In this document: positions 58,145 to 64,000 of the stretch, one piece after another
How positions within the stretch are numbered: the first letter of the stretch is position 1
Layout of the letters: the number at the start of each line of letters is the position of its first letter
From: SAR202 cluster bacterium
GTDB taxonomy: Bacteria; Chloroflexota; Dehalococcoidia; Lucifugimonadales; UBA826
NCBI GenBank assembly: GCA_008373095.1
Contig: RQOP01000076.1
Location: forward strand, 734 to 64,733
Direction: 5' to 3'
Length of the DNA: 64,000 nucleotides
The notes under the pieces: model-generated
The model's input: only the letters and a program-made list of their open reading frames with translations
Told to the model about the DNA's origin: nothing
The model's database searches: none
Position numbers and translations under genes: made by a program

Positions 58145-59251
58145 TTGAAAAGAATTCATACTACAGCCCTAGCAATTTTGAGAGATCTGGGCCAATGTCC
58201 CGCGACTGCTTTCCATGAGGGTTTAGTTTCCTCGAAATTACGTTCAATTTTAGAAGAAAATAATATTGAGAATTTCCAGGATGAATATGGAAACATTATA
58301 GCGAAAATTTCTGGAACTGAAGGTGAACATCGTCCGATTGCATATGTGGCTCACATGGATCATCCCGGTTACGAAATTGTTCGGATTGAAGATAGTTTTT
58401 TTGTTGGGAAATCGTTAGGTGGAGTGCCAAAGGCAGCAGCAAATAAAGGAGCAGATTGTATTTCTTTTGATCAAGAGAATAATAGGTATCCCTGCAGTAT
58501 TCAACCTTGGGATGGAGGTGAGGAAGGCGAGGTAAAGGTAGTTTCGGAAAAAAGATTGGATGTAGGGACACCCCTAACATTTGACTTACAAGATTTTAGT
58601 CTCGAGGGTGACAGGATAGAAATGCGAGCTTTGGATGATCTTGCTGGCTGTGCTTCCATTCTCGCCGCTTTAATTGAACTAACCCGTGAGCCTGTTAAGA
58701 CAGATATTTTTGGAATATTCACTAGGGCTGAAGAGGTTGGCTTGGTAGGGGCTGGATTAATTTCTGCAGAAAACACAGTCCCCGTTAACACCTTCATTGT
58801 GTCTGTCGAGACAAGTTCTGTGATTCCGGGAGTGGAGCAGGGGATGGGGCCTGTTATACGCACTGGCGATGCGTCTTACACATTTGACGCTGAAGCCGAA
58901 CAGATTTTGGCACTGGCAAAGAATACTTTGGTGTCTGAAGACCAGAATTTCAAATGCCAACGACAGTTAATGGCGGCAGGTTCTTGTGAGGCGACTGCTT
59001 TTGCAGTTCACGGTTATTCAACTACCGGAGTGGCATTCCCCTTAGGTAATTGGCACAATGCTACGACCAAAATTCCCGATCCTAATGGATCTATAGGAAT
59101 GGAAAACATATCTCTCGAAGATTTTATGCATGGTACGGACCTAATTTACACATCTGCTAGCATGGTTCATACAGAGTCAGTCTCCCCAGTTAAAGAGAGG
59201 CTTAGAGAAGTGCAAGATAAACTCAAGAATCGGCTAAATAGGCTAACTTAA
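58145..59251 (+). CDS. M42-family metallo-aminopeptidase (FrvX/YsdC-like)
   Basis: AYVAHMDHPGY, RALDDLAGCASIL and FTRAEEVGLVGA are the M42 metal-ligand motifs. TTG start. Confidence 0.8.
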   Translation: MKRIHTTALAILRDLGQCPATAFHEGLVSSKLRSILEENNIENFQDEYGNIIAKISGTEGEHRPIAYVAHMDHPGYEIVRIEDSFFVGKSLGGVPKAAANKGADCISFDQENNRYPCSIQPWDGGEEGEVKVVSEKRLDVGTPLTFDLQDFSLEGDRIEMRALDDLAGCASILAALIELTREPVKTDIFGIFTRAEEVGLVGAGLISAENTVPVNTFIVSVETSSVIPGVEQGMGPVIRTGDASYTFDAEAEQILALAKNTLVSEDQNFKCQRQLMAAGSCEATAFAVHGYSTTGVAFPLGNWHNATTKIPDPNGSIGMENISLEDFMHGTDLIYTSASMVHTESVSPVKERLREVQDKLKNRLNRLT

Positions 59252-59892
59252 GGCTCGCTTCTATCCCAATCTTCCAGGGTCCAATATCCTGCCTCTGGTA
59301 GGACAGAATTGATTCGCAAACCTTGTGCCTTTTTTAGACGTTGAATATTGTATAGGTGTGTGATCTCTTCAAAATATATGTGCCGCATCGTCGCTTCAAG
59401 CGTCATTGAACCTTTCGCAGGGGTTCCTTCTGAGGTTACTCCATGAGGATGAGCTTTAGCCATCATTTCCCACTGAGGAGTAGCGTCTCTGTCAATTTTT
59501 TTGGATGCGAGAAACTCCAGAGAATTATCTTGGAGCACCCTGATAGCTAAGTTGATAAATTGGTTTAACAAACAACTTAACTCATTAATTTCCCAATAAA
59601 TATCGTCGTCAAGACGTCTATCTGATTTTGACTGGGTGAGCTCTTCAATGTTTGCGATTCCGTGGTCTTCTAGGGGGAAAATAGTTGATCCCCATCTTAA
59701 AACCAACCATCTTGGAATTAAGGAAGCCATATGGCTGATCTGATTTCGAATACTCCAGCCTGCCCATTCCCAATTATCTGAAGTGTAGTCCAATTGTTCG
59801 TCTGTAAGATCGACAATTTCATTGGCAATTATGCTGTAAAGCGTTTCGAATTCAGGAAAGAAATTAATGGCAGCATTAATTTTATCGTTCAT
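59248..59892 (-). CDS. DinB-superfamily (four-helix bundle, putative metal-binding) protein
   Basis: LTDEQLDY......WSIRNQISHMA and C-terminal ...MRHIYFEEITHLYNIQRL suggest the DinB_2-type His pattern. The call is tentative. Confidence 0.45.
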   Translation of the reverse strand: MNDKINAAINFFPEFETLYSIIANEIVDLTDEQLDYTSDNWEWAGWSIRNQISHMASLIPRWLVLRWGSTIFPLEDHGIANIEELTQSKSDRRLDDDIYWEINELSCLLNQFINLAIRVLQDNSLEFLASKKIDRDATPQWEMMAKAHPHGVTSEGTPAKGSMTLEATMRHIYFEEITHLYNIQRLKKAQGLRINSVLPEAGYWTLEDWDRSEP

Positions 59893-59894
59893 AT

Positions 59895-60860
59895 TTAATC
59901 CTTGTATCTTTCCAAGGCACGAAGTAAATGTTCCATTGAAAGATTGCCACCACTTGCTATCAAGGCCACTTTTTTGTTTTTCAGCCTTTCCTTAATTTTG
60001 ATCGCTGCAGCTAAGCTTGCTGCTCCCGCATGTTCCATCAGATTCCTTGTGTGTTCTAAGTACATCACTACAGCGTCTTCCATTTCTTCATCAGAGACCA
60101 GGATAAAGTCATCCAGCATTTCTCTTAATATGCTTTGTGCTGGTTCATAACCTTTGTTCGTTGCCAAACCTTCAGCTATGCTGGACATTTCAGCTTGTTG
60201 CAAAGTACCAGATTTCCATGAATTGTAGGCTGCAGGAGCTCTCTCACCCTGTACACCTATAACCTCTATGTTTGGGTTAATGGATTTGGCAGTTATGCAT
60301 GTCCCACAGGCTCCACTGCCTCCCCCAACTGGGACAATAATCACGTCCACATCGGGTAAATCTTCCATTATTTCAAGTGTATATGTACCCACTCCGGCAT
60401 ATAACTGGGATTCTTCGACGGCATTTATATATTTGTAACCTTTCTCATCTGAAAGATCTCTCATGTACTGATCTGCTATTCCGAAATGCTCTCCATGGTG
60501 AATTACATCAGCGCCAAGGTTTCGCATTGATTGAACTTTGCCTGGATTAGCTATTTCCGGAACAGCTATATATGCCTTAGCGCCGAACAAAGACGCAGCA
60601 TAAGCTATCGATTGACCATGATTACCGCTTGAAGCTGTTGAGACTCCTTTTTCTAGATCGGCAGCGGACATTTGGGCCAAAAGATTAATACCGCCCCTGA
60701 TTTTAAAGGCTCCTAATTTCTGGTGGTTTTCATGTTTAACATGCACTTCTGTTCCCACTATTTTTTCCAGGGCTAGGTGGCGATGTAGTGGAGTGCGGGT
60801 GATGAAGTTTTCTATTCTATTTTTTGCAGCTATCACGTCTGTCAGGTTTGGCTTAGACAC
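59895..60860 (-). CDS. threonine/serine dehydratase (PLP-dependent, fold type II)
   Basis: TPL.....L....G.EVHVKHENHQKLGAFKIRGG contains the PLP lysine, and the SSGNHGQS and GGGSG loops follow. The track start is ATG at 60917 and has no RBS. GTG at 60858-60860 is preceded by AGGAG-N5, so I prefer it. Confidence 0.85.
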   Translation of the reverse strand: MSKPNLTDVIAAKNRIENFITRTPLHRHLALEKIVGTEVHVKHENHQKLGAFKIRGGINLLAQMSAADLEKGVSTASSGNHGQSIAYAASLFGAKAYIAVPEIANPGKVQSMRNLGADVIHHGEHFGIADQYMRDLSDEKGYKYINAVEESQLYAGVGTYTLEIMEDLPDVDVIIVPVGGGSGACGTCITAKSINPNIEVIGVQGERAPAAYNSWKSGTLQQAEMSSIAEGLATNKGYEPAQSILREMLDDFILVSDEEMEDAVVMYLEHTRNLMEHAGAASLAAAIKIKERLKNKKVALIASGGNLSMEHLLRALERYKD

Positions 60861-61014
60861 AAAAACTCCTAGTTTATTGGTTTTATGGCAGCAATGTGAC
60901 TGATATTTTACGCTCATATTTGTTGCGTGACACCATTGAAGGCTGGCGTGCTAAAATCCACCGCACCTGGACTACTTTAAGTGAAAAGATCATTAACCAA
61001 GTGAGTAAATTAAT

Positions 61015-62235
61015 ATGATCGATAGAAAATATGACGTGGTTGTAATAGGTGGAGGAATAATTGGGTTGGCAACTTCAATGAAGCTGACCCGGGATTTTCC
61101 AAATTTGAAAGTGGCAGTTTTGGAGAAAGAGAAAGAGGTGGCGCAGCACCAAACGGGCCACAACAGTGGAGTAATTCACGCCGGGATCTATTATGCTCCA
61201 GGAAGCCAGAAAGCTAATTTTTGTTCTACTGGTGGAAAACTGCTAAGAGATTTCTGCGATGAAAAAGGGATTGCCTATGACATGTGTGGAAAACTGATAG
61301 TTGCAACAGACGAATCGGAAGTTCCTCAGCTTGAAGAACTTTTTAAACGTGGAACAGAAAACGGTGCTGAGGGGTTGCGTATGGTGGACCAAGAAGAGAT
61401 AAAGGAAATTGAGCCATATTCTGCTGGGGTGAAAGCGATCTTGTCCCCGAACACAGGAATTATTGATTATTTTGAGGTTTCGCAAGCATATGCAACAAGC
61501 ATGAGAGAAAACGGTGGAGATCTCCTTACAGATGTGGAAGTTGTTTCAATCGAGAATAGGGATGGATTGGTTTATATCAATACCACAACAGGAACTATTG
61601 TGGCTAAATACGTTTTGAATTGCGCCGGACTGCATGCAGATACCGTAGCAAAGATGATGGGTGTTGATATTGGAGTGAAAATCGTTCCCTTTAGGGGAGA
61701 GTATTTTTCAATAATTCCTGAGAAAGAACATATGGTCAAAGGCCTAATTTATCCAGTCCCAGATCCCAGCATGCCTTTTCTCGGTGTTCATTTTACTCGC
61801 AGGATAAATGGAAGTGTTGAGGCAGGGCCAAATGCAGTGCTGGCCTTTGCAAGGGAGGGATATAAGAAAACTGATATCAATCTTAGAGACACCATAGGAA
61901 CATTTTCGTATGGCGGATTTTGGAAGATGTCAGCTAAATATTGGAAAGTGGGAGTAAGTGAGCAATATAGATCTCTAGTGAAAGGCGTTTTTGTTAAATC
62001 CTTGCAGAAATTGATGCCGGAAATAACAGGAGATGATTTGGGAGATCCGGGGGCTGGAGTTCGGGCTCAAGTTATAGATTCCAATGGTGGCTTGCTTCAA
62101 GATTTCGCCATTGAGGCCTCCCCCAATGCCATACACGTATTAAGTGCACCTTCACCTGGTGCGACTTCTTCGATAACTATAAGTGAATATATTGTTGACC
62201 TGGCCCAAGAATCTTTTGAATTGAGTGCAGCTTAA
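61015..62235 (+). CDS. lhgO: L-2-hydroxyglutarate oxidase/dehydrogenase (FAD-dependent)
   Basis: YDVVVIGGGIIGLATSMKL......VLEKE...AQHQTGHNSGVIHAGIYYAPGS.KA.FC is the LhgO-type N-terminus, and SAPSPGATSS is present near the C-terminus. Confidence 0.85.
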   Translation: MIDRKYDVVVIGGGIIGLATSMKLTRDFPNLKVAVLEKEKEVAQHQTGHNSGVIHAGIYYAPGSQKANFCSTGGKLLRDFCDEKGIAYDMCGKLIVATDESEVPQLEELFKRGTENGAEGLRMVDQEEIKEIEPYSAGVKAILSPNTGIIDYFEVSQAYATSMRENGGDLLTDVEVVSIENRDGLVYINTTTGTIVAKYVLNCAGLHADTVAKMMGVDIGVKIVPFRGEYFSIIPEKEHMVKGLIYPVPDPSMPFLGVHFTRRINGSVEAGPNAVLAFAREGYKKTDINLRDTIGTFSYGGFWKMSAKYWKVGVSEQYRSLVKGVFVKSLQKLMPEITGDDLGDPGAGVRAQVIDSNGGLLQDFAIEASPNAIHVLSAPSPGATSSITISEYIVDLAQESFELSAA

Positions 62236-62256
62236 TCAGCAGAGTGGAGAAGTAAG

Positions 62257-63204
62257 ATGAAAATTGCATATGCATTTAGGCGGACCACAGTATACCCATA
62301 CACGGCTGGCTTTTATGGGCCTGGGGGATGGGGATTACCTGATGAGCCAGCATTGACAACCTTTTTGAAAAAAATAAACGAGATAGGATTTGATGGCATT
62401 GAGCTCGGGTTCGAGGTTTTTGGGGGTCATGACGCTACAAAGGCATCTACAACCGAGTTGCAAAAACGACTCGAGGACGCAGGGGCTCCTTGCGTAGCTA
62501 TTAGAGCAGGCGGAGTTTTGTGTACCCCTGTTGTAGGCGAACAAAATCGGGACCGGCTTTTGAAATCGATTGATATCGCAGGGTGGTTGGGGATAGATAT
62601 AGTTAATAGTGCTTTGTCTGGACCTTCGAGGAACAAAACTTTAGGTGACAACCTACCTGGAAAGCCAATACAACAAGGTTCTAGTCAACTTGCTTCCTAT
62701 CAGGATTTTGAAAGGACGGCCGGTATTTTGCATGAAGCTGGTGTAAGGGCTGGTGACGCTGGATTAAATGTCACTGTAGAGGTCCATCAACACTCAATAG
62801 CTGACACAAGTACCTCGACATTGAAATTGCTTGAGATGACAAATAGTGACCATGTCTTTGCAAATCCTGATTTAGGCAACATATTGTGGCATTATGATGA
62901 ACCGGAACAATCCAGTGAGGAAGCAATACTAGCATTGGCTCCTCATTCCAAATACTGGCATTGCAAAACTTTGCAAAGGGTTCATGTGCCTGAACTAGAC
63001 AGGGCTTATTTTATAAGGACGGCACTGCCAGATGGAGATATAGATTATAGATTTGCTATTAGCGCAATGTTAGAGGCCGGATATGACGGTTATTTTGCCT
63101 TGGAAGGAACCAATACAGGGGACCATCTCACCAAGGATGCAAAAAGCGTTGCTTATGTTAGACAAGTAGTGGCTGAAATAGAACAGGGAAAGCCCATTTT
63201 ATAG
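62257..63204 (+). CDS. sugar phosphate isomerase/epimerase (xylose-isomerase-like TIM barrel)
   Basis: GFDGIEL, VEVHQHSIADT, a GN..WH-like region and GYDGYFALEG together match the AP_endonuc_2 metal-ligand pattern. Confidence 0.78.
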   Translation: MKIAYAFRRTTVYPYTAGFYGPGGWGLPDEPALTTFLKKINEIGFDGIELGFEVFGGHDATKASTTELQKRLEDAGAPCVAIRAGGVLCTPVVGEQNRDRLLKSIDIAGWLGIDIVNSALSGPSRNKTLGDNLPGKPIQQGSSQLASYQDFERTAGILHEAGVRAGDAGLNVTVEVHQHSIADTSTSTLKLLEMTNSDHVFANPDLGNILWHYDEPEQSSEEAILALAPHSKYWHCKTLQRVHVPELDRAYFIRTALPDGDIDYRFAISAMLEAGYDGYFALEGTNTGDHLTKDAKSVAYVRQVVAEIEQGKPIL

Positions 63205-63216
63205 TTGTTAATTTAC

Positions 63217-63245
63217 TTGACTCGTTTAGCTAGTAGGATTAACAT
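63217..63245 (+). promoter_or_regulatory. putative rRNA promoter (TTGACT-N17-TAACAT)
   Basis: Hexamers at 63217-63222 and 63240-63245, about 80 nt upstream of the 16S 5' end. This is a pattern match only. Confidence 0.3.
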
Positions 63246-63326
63246 ATACGTCTGTTGCGTTTTTGAACGTACTTTTTGGGGTAATTCCCAAGCACCTTAA
63301 CAACTGGATAGTAGAAGGAAACCGTA

Positions 63327-64000
<674 letters not shown>

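Overview
Compact, AT-rich bacterial chromosome segment with almost no non-coding DNA. I saw no transposases, integrases, CRISPR arrays or recognisable defence genes. The source is probably a marine Chloroflexota (SAR202-like) genome. That is an inference from a Chlor_Arch_YYY/DUF2298 giant membrane protein, several LLM/F420-type oxidoreductases, tandem family III CoA-transferases and a partial 16S gene at the right edge. Left to right the window holds: an 11-subunit-type nuo operon (nuoA-B-C-D-H-I-J-K, a small extra gene, then nuoL; no nuoEFG); a polyprenyl synthase and YjbQ; a suf Fe-S operon (sufBCD-sufU-rrf2-sufS-sufU2); an orphan peptide-type binding protein; TatD; a partial Na+-translocating decarboxylase module (gamma-like, beta, biotin carrier); a cobalamin-riboswitch-controlled BtuFCD-type importer; rpoB-rpoC; dinB; a four-gene operon (two CaiB-type CoA-transferases, an unknown TIM-barrel-like hydrolase, an S9 peptidase); a 1461-aa GT-C/YYY membrane protein; a six-gene plus-strand cluster (CE7 esterase, CE7 paralogue, LLM oxidoreductase, rhodanese, ASST-like propeller, ThuA); a six-gene minus-strand cluster (NHL propeller, LarB, GH105/88-like hydrolase, LLM oxidoreductase, KdgK, small zinc ribbon); tRNA-Pro(UGG); an RNB exoribonuclease; an M42 peptidase; threonine dehydratase; LhgO; a sugar-phosphate isomerase/epimerase; and the 5' part of 16S rRNA. 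The most interesting signal is in the two-domain rhodanese sulfurtransferase. Its reading frame is interrupted by a single in-frame TGA exactly where the catalytic cysteine should be. The frame continues intact for 41 more codons carrying the rest of the active-site loop, and a 17-nt GC-rich hairpin starts 11 nt after the TGA. This makes it a candidate selenocysteine-rhodanese, with a pseudogene or base error as the alternative. No Sec machinery is visible in this window, so the call needs genome-wide checks.
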